From Mytilus californianus (lineage: Eukaryota): a stretch of DNA of 64,000 nt. Under the pieces are notes generated by a model, which saw only the letters and a program-made list of their open reading frames with translations, had not been told where the DNA came from and ran no database searches. Below are positions 13,496-25,800 of this stretch, piece by piece. The position numbers and the translations under genes are program-made. The stretch is from positions 87,358,001-87,422,000 of the forward strand of contig NW_026262723.1 of the NCBI RefSeq assembly GCF_021869535.1, given 5' to 3'. The stretch's first letter is position 1, and every line of letters starts with the position of its first letter.

Positions 13496-15127
13496 ATGAC
13501 ATTCTTTAAAGGAGTAATTCGAGCTGCATTTGTTCTACCGTTTTCGGCAGGTAATGTAGACGAGGGGAATGGTTCACATGATGGCAGCTTGTCTGGACTT
13601 TTACTGATGACCACTTCAATAGCTATCCTTTCTGAGATACTGATGATTGGATTTTCAACTAACGAGACTATTTCAACTAAATTCAGCGTTGGGTTAGCAG
13701 TCTTATCATTTCTATCTGCTCTAGCGATTGCACTTTGCGTGTGTATCAGTTTATACGTGTCATCTAGAGGGAACAGTGTGTTTCATGTTTTACCTTGGAA
13801 TAAATGTAATACAATAAGACTCAGGTTTTTGTGGATTTTTTGTTTCAGCTGTATTATTTCAAGAACATTGGACATGACCTTTTATATCGATTGTCTAACA
13901 AACTCAATGACCCTGAAATTTACAGTAGACACAATAGTGTATGATCTTGTCTGTATAGTATTTTACGTGGTGCAAACTGCATTCATTACATTTTTTTCGC
14001 ATTCGCGATTTACCAGCCACCTTGGTATTTATTATGGATTACTTATTATATTCCTGACAAATATTTCTGTAATATGTCATGCCTTGGCTTCTACTTTTAA
14101 ACCCATGGATAATGAAATTTTAAATTCGTCGACAATAAGCCACCATACTTCGAGTAATACTTCTTGCTTCAAGTCAAGTATGTACGAGGTATTGATGAAG
14201 ATTAATCCTTTCTTGTTACCGGCATTTTGTGAATATTCGCTTGTTTCGATTACATTTATTATGAATATGTGGCCTACATTTGGATTGAAAAGGGAAACGT
14301 TCGTGCTTGATGATATTTCGCTTGACGGAAACAAAGAAACGTCAGAGTCGACGAGCAATTTGAGAGGGTCGACAAATGAGAGGTCAGAATCGACAAATAG
14401 CAGGCGGAATAATGAGCGCATTCCTTTATTAGACAATACTGGAAACACAAGTAACAACCGACAACATCGTATAAGAAGATTTATAAGCATAACTGTTCCT
14501 ATTCTTCTAAATATGCCATCAGTAATATTATATTGTTTACAAATTTCGAAAGTACCATCTGTGCAGTTGGGCAAAACAATATCAATAGCTGTAGTAGCTA
14601 CTATTGAGTTGCTTTTGTATGTGAAATGCTTTTACTCTCTTCAGACTCAATGTAAACCTTTGAAACAAAGGGAATGTACCTCGCTTGATTCTAGTGATTA
14701 CATTTTAATTGCAAGTGTGGTTGCAGCAATTTCATATTCCACGGTAAAACTTATGTCAGATATTTACAATGTCAACTCTGAAACCACATATGCTATAGGT
14801 TTTTATAAACTGGTTATTGATATATTCGCTGCTTATTTCCAAACAGTTTTCATCCTACAAATGAAACAATATTCGAAGGCCTTTAATATATCCTCGTGGA
14901 CGTCTGTGGAATACACTTGTTTATTAATGTCTTTTGTGAATTTATGCTCATGGGCGGCTGATACTTTAATAGTTTCACAATATGTTTACAAAAATGACGC
15001 ACCATATCATTTCTTTGGGTCATCTGATTGGACAGAAATCTTTGGATTTTTATACCCATTTGTGATCTTTTACAGATTCAATGCTTTTGTATCCTTTTAT
15101 GGTTTGTATGACCGATTGAAAAATTAA
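13496..15127 (+). CDS. Otopetrin-family 12-TM channel, copy 2 (most divergent paralog); single coding exon, 543 aa
   Basis: QTAFI/QTVFI, TNIS/VNLCSW, PAFCEYSLVSITFIMNMWP (TM6) and YPFVIFYRFN (TM12, close to the otopetrin FYRFH motif). Acceptor ctatcctcag lies 10 nt before the ATG. Confidence 0.92.
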   Translation: MTFFKGVIRAAFVLPFSAGNVDEGNGSHDGSLSGLLLMTTSIAILSEILMIGFSTNETISTKFSVGLAVLSFLSALAIALCVCISLYVSSRGNSVFHVLPWNKCNTIRLRFLWIFCFSCIISRTLDMTFYIDCLTNSMTLKFTVDTIVYDLVCIVFYVVQTAFITFFSHSRFTSHLGIYYGLLIIFLTNISVICHALASTFKPMDNEILNSSTISHHTSSNTSCFKSSMYEVLMKINPFLLPAFCEYSLVSITFIMNMWPTFGLKRETFVLDDISLDGNKETSESTSNLRGSTNERSESTNSRRNNERIPLLDNTGNTSNNRQHRIRRFISITVPILLNMPSVILYCLQISKVPSVQLGKTISIAVVATIELLLYVKCFYSLQTQCKPLKQRECTSLDSSDYILIASVVAAISYSTVKLMSDIYNVNSETTYAIGFYKLVIDIFAAYFQTVFILQMKQYSKAFNISSWTSVEYTCLLMSFVNLCSWAADTLIVSQYVYKNDAPYHFFGSSDWTEIFGFLYPFVIFYRFNAFVSFYGLYDRLKN

Positions 15128-17589
15128 CTCGACTTCAATGGAAGGCGGTGCTATTTGATGACATAAATGCTTGGTTTTATCAAAGTTTGATAAAAATATA
15201 AATTTGAAAGTTATATATTAAAAGGATATATACCAGGAATGACCAAAAATATTGGACAGACTTTTATCGCATTCATTTATGACTTTGGACTAAATCTTAA
15301 CACAAATGTTCTTATATTTTATTCTCACGTTCTGTCTTTGCAGGGAACAGCTAACACTTAAGCGCTGCCAATAGGTACGAACTAAAAAATCTAATAATAA
15401 CTGTTTTATTATACATTGTACCTCACCAAAAGAATGAAGCTTCATTTACATATTTTTACTTTAATTATAGCTATGACTATGATACATTAAAATTCCAACA
15501 AACTCTTATAACCATCATTTATATTTATTGTTGATGGAGGTATACATGCTTGGATGTCAATCGGGAGCACAGTAATTTTTATATGTGTAATATATAAATA
15601 TTATGTATAACCATGTCAAGATTTAGATATACCATGTTTATGGTCTTTGTCATTCACAAGATATTTAATAAATACTATCTCCCTTCTTTTCATTCTTCTG
15701 TGTTGTATTTTTTTTTAAATAGCACATTAATAGTTACAAGAAGGATATTGGCTAAACTTTAAAGATATTGGTATAGAATTACCTATTTACAGACGATACT
15801 CAAATGTATATTCCAGGGGGACATACTGTTTTCTATTTTCAACTATTGTGTCGATCATGTCTCTGTGCGTAGTTTCGAGTGTACACCAAAATGTCTACGT
15901 ACGATGTTTGGCACATTGATTACATTTGTATCCTTTCATAAGTATTTTTATTTAAACTATGAGTTTTTGTCCAAAGTGGAGGTGTGCGTTAACATGTTTT
16001 CTGTTCTGGACACTGTATCTATCTAATTGAACAATTTTATCAGATAAAAAGTCTGGAAAATTTGACTGATTACTGAATTGCTCATGAGTATATATGTTGG
16101 ACTCAAATCGACGGCCGGTCTCAAATCGACGTCTGTTACTGAAATCAGGGTCCAATCTGATGTCATAGTAAATTAGAATTCCAAATTGACGTCCAATTCT
16201 TTGCTACTCTAATCGACATAATTTTGCTGGACTTGCAGCATGACATTTCAGTCGTATAGTTGTTGCTCCAGATGTTGACAATACATAATTCCTATCAGTT
16301 ATCAATTCTTATATTTCTGAAATTTGTCTTACACAGCTTCTTGAGGCTTCAAACTTCTAGCCTTTAGTGCAAAACTACAAAAACTGTCAAAAAAGCCATA
16401 CTTTAAGATCTTGTAATTTGTATTTAGATATGAGCGAAGGCCGTAACCAAAAAGATAGTCTGCTGTATAATGTATCTCACAAATAAATTAATGTGAGTAA
16501 AATATTTTTTCGGGTAAGGACTTGGCTGATATCTTATTTTGCTGAAAAATAGGGGAAAAAATGCCATTTTGATTCAAATATGTCAATTTTTACATGTCAT
16601 AAAGTACATTTTTGCACTAAAGGTTCCATATTTATATCGTCATAATTATTTATGTATCACATAGACATATTTTTGAAAGACTTGAAGAATTTTACTATTT
16701 TTGCGATATAAGGGCCTTATCATGCCTCCTTTGTTCACGAGTCAAGACTCAAAGCGATTAAGAGTATTGTTTAGCAATTTATGTACTGATGACAAACTCA
16801 ATTTGGCCTCTGTGTTTCCATTTTGTTCTTAGGATGTGTTTTTTTACTATAGCTTCAAATCTCCTTTATTCATATCCCTGAATGTCTTTTTGTTTTTTGT
16901 GGTTTGGTTTAGTTAAAATATATTTAATTTGCAAAAACAAAGCAAAAAAGACGAGACAAAAGCTACTCAAACTTGGAGTGTCTTCTCCTTATATACATCA
17001 TATTACAATAGATTTTTTCAAGAATGCAAATATTAACTTAAAATTGTAAAATCTATAATATTAGACATAACAATTTTAAAAAACAAGAAAAGAGAAGAAA
17101 AAATCTATAATAAGAAGTGACGTGTATGTGTGCGTGCGCTTTAATCATTTCATCTTTCTCGTATACACCCAAAATCGCATTATATTAGAAACTTTTGATT
17201 TTTTTTTAATCTAATCAAAAACATTTCTGAATATTTCATGCTCATATATTCAATATATATTGCTACGTGTCCCGAGACTAGGCAGCCAGGCAACCAAATA
17301 AAATTGTTTATTAAGATAGCCCTTCAATCTGAGTAAAGGGAATTTGAAAACTTATATATTTGAATCCTCGTGTGGAGCTCCATAGCGAGATGGGGCAGAA
17401 ACACTATTAATCTTAAATCTGTTGTTGGTTTGCTTCTGCATTGATGCATTTCCCGCTTCTTTTCTTTTCTTTTTTTTATATCATTTATGGTAAAGATGAG
17501 ATTCGTTCCTTGTTCATTTAGTCTTCTGTTTAATTGAGAAGAGATAGATCATCAAATTGTTAACTTATTCTCACAAATAACTCACCTCC

Positions 17590-17829
17590 GGTGCAAACCT
17601 TCGGATGCCAAATGTCGAGCAGGATATGCTTACGGGAGTATCTGATATCCCCTCCCCCCCCCCCGGATTTTTGTTGAGGTTCGTATTGCTCAGTCTTTAG
17701 TTTTTTATGTTGAATTTTGTAGATTGTTGTTTGTCTTTTCGTCGTTTTTCGTTTTTTTGCCATGGCATTGTCAGTTTGAATTCGACTTATGAGTTTGATG
17801 ATCCCATTTGTATCTCTCGCCTCTCTTTT
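17590..17829. repeat. Dispersed repeat family C, partial copy
   Basis: gttcgtattgctcagtcttt...ttgccatggcattgtcagttt...cgacttatgagtttga...cgcctctctttt matches 12985-13135. Confidence 0.75.
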
Positions 17830-18586
17830 TCCCCGAGCTCGAAACTCTATGAGGTTAGCACTTTTAGAATTACTTTTTATAAAGATAACATGTTAAATTA
17901 TTGAGTTGAACCTATTTTTTCATTTGCATTATCGCAAATTCAATAATACAGACATTTTCTCTTAATATTTTATTGTTTAAATGTTGTGATTTGTGTACGA
18001 TTCAGTTTTTGCTAAAACTTGTAACTATCTAGTCTGATTTCCACGTATATCTCAATGCACTTGTTTGGAGAATGACATTCTCTATACATGAAATAGATTC
18101 TAAGCAATAACTCTTCCTAGGGAGTCATTTGTGACATATAGCAAAGCAGATATTCCACTAAAACTCATTTTTGCATCGTTGTAAATTTTTGAAAATGCTA
18201 TTTAAGTGAATGTAAAATTTTTCAATCAGAAGCGGTTTCGGGATTTTAGTATATACGATGTGTGCGACTTTCAATATGTGTAGCAAAACTAAGCAAAGGG
18301 CAACAATTGACATTTTTTTTTTAATGAAATGATTTCTTTTATTTCTGAATGTGGTATTGCATTTTAAAGAGCACATTTGAAAGTAAATATAATAGATATT
18401 CGAATCAAAGGCAGCAAGTTTGGTACGTTTTACTTTGAATCGTCAGTAATTAGGATGAACAATCATTATTAAGAACCGAAGTGAACTATACTGTAACTTA
18501 CAATAACTTTAATTTTCAAAAATTTTGGTTTTAATGCTCGTCAACTTCGTATTTGATTTAGTCTGTTCTGTTAACTCTTTTGGTTC

Positions 18587-18633
18587 GAGCGCCACTGATG
18601 AGTCTTTATGTAGAAGAAACGCGCGTCTGGAGT
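18587..18633 (+). ncRNA. Minimal type I hammerhead-ribozyme-like motif in a dispersed Penelope-type repeat; most intact copy in the window
   Basis: Stem I GCGCCA, core CTGATGA, stem II GTCT/AGAA, GAAA, palindromic AC-GCGC-GT stem III, GTC cleavage triplet, stem I' TGGAGT. There is one mismatch at the first stem II pair and one in stem I. Confidence 0.6.
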
Positions 18634-18719
18634 AGCACGTTATTAGCCCGGTATCTTTGATGCTCGAGTTTTTCATCCAATTTTTGGTACACTTCTACAC
18701 ATAATTTCAAATATTCACT

Positions 18720-19130
18720 ATATGTAAATAAAACTTAATATCACATTGATGAGTTATATACACAGATCTTACCAATCATCCGGGTTTTCCAAAAAGTTAA
18801 AGTACTATTGCCACAATCTTTAAAAATAAGGACTTAAGCTATAAATATATATCTTTTAGAATGTATCGAAAAAGGTAAACCATCAGTTTACCGAATGCAT
18901 CTGATTGTTATCAATACGTCGAAATAGTGTAATTCATAACATTTCAAAGCTATATTTGTATTTAAACTCGTGTTCAAAGGTCATGGTAAAAATTTTTATT
19001 TAATCAATTACAAATACAAGGAAGTATTTCAAATAAACCCATAAACTTAACTCCACTATACGCAATAAAAAGGTAAGAAAGTTTAACACATAGAGAAGTG
19101 CTTACTTTTCAAATGGTCAATATTGTTTCG
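18720..19130 (+). promoter_or_regulatory. Conserved non-coding block upstream of copy 3 (paralogous to 32690-33150)
   Basis: Colinear similarity includes ataaatatatatc, aatacgtcgaaata and aatcaattacaaatacRaggaagta. A candidate donor AG|GTAAGA lies at 19071-19078. Confidence 0.5.
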
Positions 19131-20522
19131 TCATATAAAGGATTTTCAAGGTCGCATATGATATCAGGATTCATTTAAAATTTCATAGTACAAGAAATCT
19201 TTTTAAAATGCAAAGAAACATATAAAGGATATTAGGATTTCCAGCATAAATTTCAAAGGACCAATTACAATAAAAAATAAGATTAGTTTTGCCTGAAGGA
19301 GTTGCAACCTTAGTTTGAGCACTATTACATATAGTTTATTAATTGAAAATTTGAAAATAAATGTGTCATTTAAATCATGCCAATACCGAAGCACCAGCTA
19401 CTAGGCAAATGGTAAGGTAGGGGATTGATATTCCACAAGCAGCGGTTAGTATAAAACGATAAAATGTATAAAAAAAAATAACATGATTTTTTTGGTGCGC
19501 ACAACATATTCACTATGGAATACCTTTCATCAGCCACGTTCGTGTCCACAAGATTGGAGAGACAAAATATTATCATTTTAGGGCATTGTAACCGAAAGGT
19601 CAACTTTAAACAAATAAAGTCGTCTAAGGTATATTTTGCCTCAGAGAGTTGTAACCCAAGTTTAAGCACAATTGTTAATATAAATTGCTTTTTTTCTTGT
19701 GATGGTTTAATGAAATAATTTGCTTTAAAACTGTGTTGAGGGTAAACCATGGTCTACTATCTGCAATTTTATGTTGTACCATACTTTGATAACGAAACAT
19801 GAAACTCAACTAGAATCTAGAGGAAAGTTGGGGGATCTTAACTATAGTAAACCATGTTCATTTTGATGTTTTTCCATGGCTGAAGCTTCACCCCATTTTC
19901 TGAATGCCTGTACCAAGTCAGAAATATGGCAGTTGTTTTTCACTTGTTCACTATGTCACTTGATTGATAGCGTTTGATTTTGTCGGTTTTTTATGGACAT
20001 CCCCTTTTTGAATTTTCCTTGGAGTTCTGTGTTTTTGTTATCCCTTTTTTTCTGAAATATATCCTGCTCTCAACTATTTAGGAAACTGAACAAAGATTAA
20101 CCGAGAGAAAAATCCATTTGTAATATTTTTGTTGTCTTTAATAATTAAGAGTTTGGTAATAATCCTATAAATTGTGTTTTGTCGCCTCTTAAGAATTTAT
20201 ATAAATATGATTTCAAATGAGAACCATTAACCAACCATACAAAAAATAAGGAAAACATATCGTATAGTGGTTTTTAAATGATACATAAATGTAGTTAATA
20301 TTTTCGTTTTCAAATCTATTTTATGCTCATTTAAAAGCCTGTGGATGTAAATTAATAAATCAAACCAAATAACTAAGCCGTTTGTACGAAAAGATAAAAG
20401 GTACAATTCACACACTTTTTCAAATAAAATAAGACTGAAAAATATAAATATTTGTACGATATCTTGAAAATTTACAATAAAACAAAACGTATCGTCATTA
20501 CAATAATGTTGAATATCCTTGT

Positions 20523-20665
20523 CAGAGGCGAATTTAGGGTGGAAGGTGGCCCAAGCCCCCTTTTATGGAGCTGCATATATGGATAATCATATTATTACAT
20601 GTTCCACTCCTAATCTTGTCTAATGTGCCCCCCCCCCCCCCTTTCACACTCTTGGATCCGCATCT
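20523..20665. mobile_element. Short MITE with cagRggcggatcca-type terminal inverted repeats
   Basis: Left end cagaggcgaattta; right end tggatccgcatctg; internal poly-C. Confidence 0.5.
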
Positions 20666-21288
20666 GCTTGTTTCAACTCTTCATATTTGCCAGACCACCA
20701 TTGTAAGTCAAATAAGAGACATACTATAATACTATTCCTAGGCCAAACGCATTCGTTTTTTTTTTATATATGTTAACTCGTAAGAACCATGGTATATACT
20801 TATCCATAATTTTTTGAATTAGAAAATTACAACTTCTTAGGACAGGCACATGAAAATATGCATTAAATAAGTCGTACTGATATGATAAAAAAAAGTTAAT
20901 CTTTTTGCTTTTGTTAAATACAACCGAGAAACAAATCTTGATAGAAACGCAAGATCCACAAAACAATAATTTTCTTACTGTATTTAATTGCAGTAGTTGT
21001 CATATGTCATATTTTAATACTTTTCGTTTTTTGGAGAATTTGATTTCATGCATATTCAGGAAGAAAAACAAATAAAAACAAATAGGAGTCACTTACTATA
21101 GTTCTCGGCTAATTAGTACCTGATTTCCCATTGTTTAGGCTGAATGTATATATAACACAATTGCTAGCTTGGTGTTTGATAAATTGTTATTGTAAAGAAT
21201 TAATGCATCTCAGGGAAGAAAATCAAATTAACAAAAAATAAATGGGTAGCAATACTTCAAGTCATTTTATCTTAATTGCAGCAGAATA

Positions 21289-22794
21289 ATGACGAATCTA
21301 CTATGTAATATTTTGCGTGCTACTTTCATCGTTCCTTTTTCTGCTGGTCTCATTAAGGAGCGAAGAAATGGAGGATTTTCAATACATGACGGCAGTATTG
21401 CTGGAGTAGTTCTTTTGACAACAGCCATGATTATTATCTTTGAAATAATAGTTGTACTGCCAGTGAATCAGTCTCGCTTGTTGATGGTAGGACTTTCAGG
21501 TCTAGCGTTAATCTGTCTAGTGTTGTGTAGCATTGTAGTTCGATGCCGTTCTACCTGGGTCGAAGTTAAGACTGTGAAACCAAGCGATCAAATGAAACTA
21601 AAATTTCTCTGGTTATTTTGTATCGGGAATATCACGTATCAAGCCTTACAACTAGCAACGCATCTTCTATGTAAGATCTACAACCTCCAAGTCACACTGT
21701 TTTGGACGTTCACCTGGACATTTCAGATTTGTCAAACTGCTTTCATTCACTATTTTTCTAGATTTAAATTTGCAAATGTGTTGTGTTTGTATTACGGTTT
21801 ACTGGTTCTCTGTGTGACAAATATTTCAATGTGGACACAGCAAACTTTCTATACGAACAGAATTAGGCTCGAGATAAATATTAGCGACCTCATTAATAAT
21901 ACTATCTCAAACTGTTTATACGGCGATGGACTTGCAACAGCGGTTGGATTTTTGAATCCGTATCTGCAGCCTGTACTACTAGAATATTCTCTTCTAAGTT
22001 TAATCTTCCTTTCCGAAATGTGGCCAAAAAAGAATGCTGAATTTGAGACACTCAACAATTCTCTTTCAAGAAGCAGAGACGATGAAAACCAGACATTACT
22101 GGTAGAAAACGATGACCAAGATGGTGAACATCATCCATTATTGCCACGCTGTAGTGTCTGGCATAAAAATTCAGTATGTGTCCTGGTGATTGGATTTCTT
22201 TATAACTTCTCATTTATGCTAATTCAATGTATTTACATTTATGGACCGAGGGAAAAAATGACAGATTACAGGAAATTTTCCTTCGATGTCTTCTTTTGTG
22301 CTAATATAGTACGAACGCCGCTTATAATCAAATGCTTTTATGCCTTAAATGGACAACTAAGATCAAAACAAGAATCTCATACTGGAATGAGCTTAGATCA
22401 GTTTGTTATAATCACTAGTTCCTTTGCAACTTGTGGATTATATATTGCAGATTGTTTCAGATTGAGTGATTCACCAGCAAGTACCAATCTAGGAGAAATT
22501 CTGTTTAAAATCAATGTCGTCCTCCGAGTTGTTGCTACACTTTTTCAAACATTATTCATTTTGCAAATGAAACACTACAAAAAGATAGGAGACCAAAAGC
22601 CTTTTTGTTCAGTACAAAATACTTTTTTGTTTGTATCCTTGGTAAATCTTGGAATATGGATGTCTTACACTTTTGTTACTCCCAGATATCGTCTGACAAA
22701 ATCTAGCTTTTTATTGGAAAGTTTTTGGTTTCCATTTGTTTTATTTTATCATTTCGAATGTTTTGTCGCATTTTACAAGTTTTTTCGGGCATAA
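21289..22794 (+). CDS. Otopetrin-family 12-TM channel, copy 3; single coding exon, 501 aa
   Basis: QTAFI/QTLFI, TNISMW/VNLGIW, PVLLEYSLLSLIFLSEMWP and PFVLFYHFE. Acceptor ttaattgcag(cag) lies 7 (or 4) nt before the ATG. Confidence 0.92.
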   Translation: MTNLLCNILRATFIVPFSAGLIKERRNGGFSIHDGSIAGVVLLTTAMIIIFEIIVVLPVNQSRLLMVGLSGLALICLVLCSIVVRCRSTWVEVKTVKPSDQMKLKFLWLFCIGNITYQALQLATHLLCKIYNLQVTLFWTFTWTFQICQTAFIHYFSRFKFANVLCLYYGLLVLCVTNISMWTQQTFYTNRIRLEINISDLINNTISNCLYGDGLATAVGFLNPYLQPVLLEYSLLSLIFLSEMWPKKNAEFETLNNSLSRSRDDENQTLLVENDDQDGEHHPLLPRCSVWHKNSVCVLVIGFLYNFSFMLIQCIYIYGPREKMTDYRKFSFDVFFCANIVRTPLIIKCFYALNGQLRSKQESHTGMSLDQFVIITSSFATCGLYIADCFRLSDSPASTNLGEILFKINVVLRVVATLFQTLFILQMKHYKKIGDQKPFCSVQNTFLFVSLVNLGIWMSYTFVTPRYRLTKSSFLLESFWFPFVLFYHFECFVAFYKFFRA

Positions 22795-22810
22795 TTTTAT
22801 TATATATGTA

Positions 22811-25800
22811 ACTCTCAGAAACTTGTCCATCCCCTCAAACGTGTCCAATTCCCCAAAAAGTGTTCATATGACGTCACTGAACTGCAAAAACATATCTAGT
22901 TGCTAAAGGGCGCCAAACGTGTCCTTTTAATGAACGCCCAATCGTGACCTTTTTATATAAAAAAAAGTGTTCAATCCCCTCAAACGTCTCTTTTATGTGA
23001 ACGCTCAATTGTGTCCATATTAAAAAAACGCCCAAACGTGTCCTTCTTATTGAATTGATTGTAAATTTGATGTCGTTCTAAACATGCATGAAATACTTGC
23101 CATTTGACGTTAAGCATCCCAGCATCAATCAATCCTTTGCCGTAGATATGCATGAAATATTCTTTTTAAATTCTAAGCAAGCAGCAATCAGTTAATCCAT
23201 TTTTTTGTAATACATGTTTTGCTAACGATTATAAATTATTAGGCTGGTATCAGGGGTGCTTATAATACATGCAAAGTTATTTCTCTTGTTTTGTCTCTTA
23301 AGGTCAAATTACAGTAAATGGGCTATGTCACAGAGTTTCCTAAAATTTTGCATACAACTTTAGCTCGTTGAACTTTATCTGAAAATCGAAAAAATCAATG
23401 CCATTATCTTTTATTTTCTGAAATATTACTGATTGAATTCTTTCAAAATATGTGAACATTTGTATAGGAAGCACATAAAATCGGCGAAAAACGCTCATAA
23501 ATTTGTCTTAAAATCATAAAATCTCTAATTTCAAATACATAGATTTTTCCATAAAAAAACGATATGTTGTTGGTACAAAAATTTCCGGTTTAAAGATGTA
23601 AGCTATTGATAGGGTCACCGACTTCGTTTTAACGGTATACATCATTCAAAGTGGTGTGCTAGGTGAAAAAATGCCACAAAACGTCGAAAAAATGTAATGT
23701 CATCTCGTTGTAGGACTACCTTACAATGTTAACGTTTTGACGTTTTTCGCCACCAACAGGTTAAAGACCAAACAGCCTATTGTTGATGCACATCAACTAA
23801 CGCAACTTGGTAGTGACATAAAAGCTCTATGACGTTGTTTCTAGCCATGGAAAAAACGTCAAATTATAACGTCCTATTTCGCGTTTATCACGGATTCCAA
23901 CATTGTGAAACTACATCTTCCAAGAAAAGTGGTATTAATCGTCGCACTGATACCTAGTGGAAATTAAACACAAATGGACACAAAAGATACTACACTATCT
24001 GTAACCTCCGTTCTAATAAAAATAATGATAAAAATATGAATTTTGAACTCGACTTTTTGCATTTGCGCCGATCTGCATTTCACTTTTTTTCTTTCACTTG
24101 CGCCGATTTTGTCTTTCATTTGCGCCGATAGTGTACAGGTAAATATAGGTAAAAGTTATTTTTTATCTATCATATAAACCTCTTCCGTTAGCCAGTTGTA
24201 CATCTGTTATGAATTGTCAGTTATAACATGAATATAACTGTTGTCCCCTACTCACAAAGGGAGGTGGGAGTAGAATTTCGAACAGGATAAGTCAAATTAA
24301 AAGATATTTGTGCACTCTGTTTTCATCCACTAAAATCACGGAGTAAAATTCTATTTACAGCATTTCAAAGCACCACAATTAAATCTATAAAAATGTAATA
24401 CTAGTACAATGATTTATTATCTTGCCAAGAATTTATATGCCACACATCTGATATATTCCTTTCTTGTCATTTTATCTTTTCTATACTTGTTGTACTTGCC
24501 AATAACGAAGTCCATCTTTTCTTTCTCGTGTCAAAACGAAGTTCTCGAACAATATGACCAAAATTATCTTAAACATAAGGGAACACTATTTATATCCATA
24601 TATTACCATGCAATATACATTCTAGGTTTACTACATGTACATGTATTTACTCGTATAGCAAATAAAGTATCGGGGCTAGTGATAAAAAAAATAAAATAGG
24701 CGCTAATGAAAGAATCAAATCGGCGCAAATTAAAGATCGAAATTTTTTTTAAATCGGCGCAAATCTCGTACGCCCGTGTAACTTTACACTGGTAAATTTA
24801 TATGACTTACGCTTAGAATTTTAACTTAATATGTGTTTTTCAAAACTGAGTTTTCAGAAGGTTAGGCCGATAACAATACTTTCTAGAAGTTTCGATATAC
24901 TGGCAACGTATGCATGTTGAGATTAACTTATTTCTTTAAGATTCTCGTAAAATAATGGTGATCTTGCAATGAAGTTAAATTTTATCTATACTGTTTAATT
25001 GACAAAATCTTAATGTAAAAATAAAAATGATAAAGGTTCATTGTCTTTTGTCGTTTGTTTCATTTCAAATTGTCTCAAGGAGAAATGATAAAGATTTCGC
25101 CTGATTTCACAGAAGCTTAAGGCAAAAAATATAAGAAATTGATATACTCAGTGAATGTGAATTAAAATAAAAAAATTACGGTTTTTAAAACTAAACTTGT
25201 TGTAAATTTAACTTATAACAAAAACAATAGTTATCAAAGGTACCAGGAATTGCTTCAAGAATAAGATCCAACATAAAATTTCTCACTTTCAAAAACCTAC
25301 AATGACCGGAAAGATTGAAAACAAATTTCGATTTTCAATGCCGGCAATCTATACATACAACCTTGTCTTTGTTTTAATTTCCAAATGAGCTATTTAGATT
25401 CCTAATATTTCATCCTGTTCTGAGAAATACTTTATAGTTTTCAACGGAAAATTATTTCTTAGATTCTAAATCAATTTTTGAATTTAAAACTTATTTGTAT
25501 TTTATATTTACTGTCTCGTTTATTCAAAACACGTGAGGTAGTAATAACGGGGATCGTATTTTATGATAGGTTAAATGGATGTAAAACGTTTTAGAATCAA
25601 AAACTTTAATTCATATATTATACCAATACACCTATAATTTTAATTTTAATTTTCTTATATTCTAAATATTCAGAAATAATGAATCCACAAACTAGATGGA
25701 ATAATTTGTATACGCTCGTCTTAGTCGGGACACATAATGGTATAAAGAAGTCCGTCCGTGATAATGGATTTCCGTCTGTCAACTGTAGCGAAAGAGTGCG

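Noticed and set aside
14077-14574. 165-aa minus-strand ORF, plus similar short ORFs at 6051, 6199, 6802, 21849, 34996 and 46483
   Set aside because: Antisense or alternate-frame shadows of the otopetrin-like CDSs, with no independent motifs.
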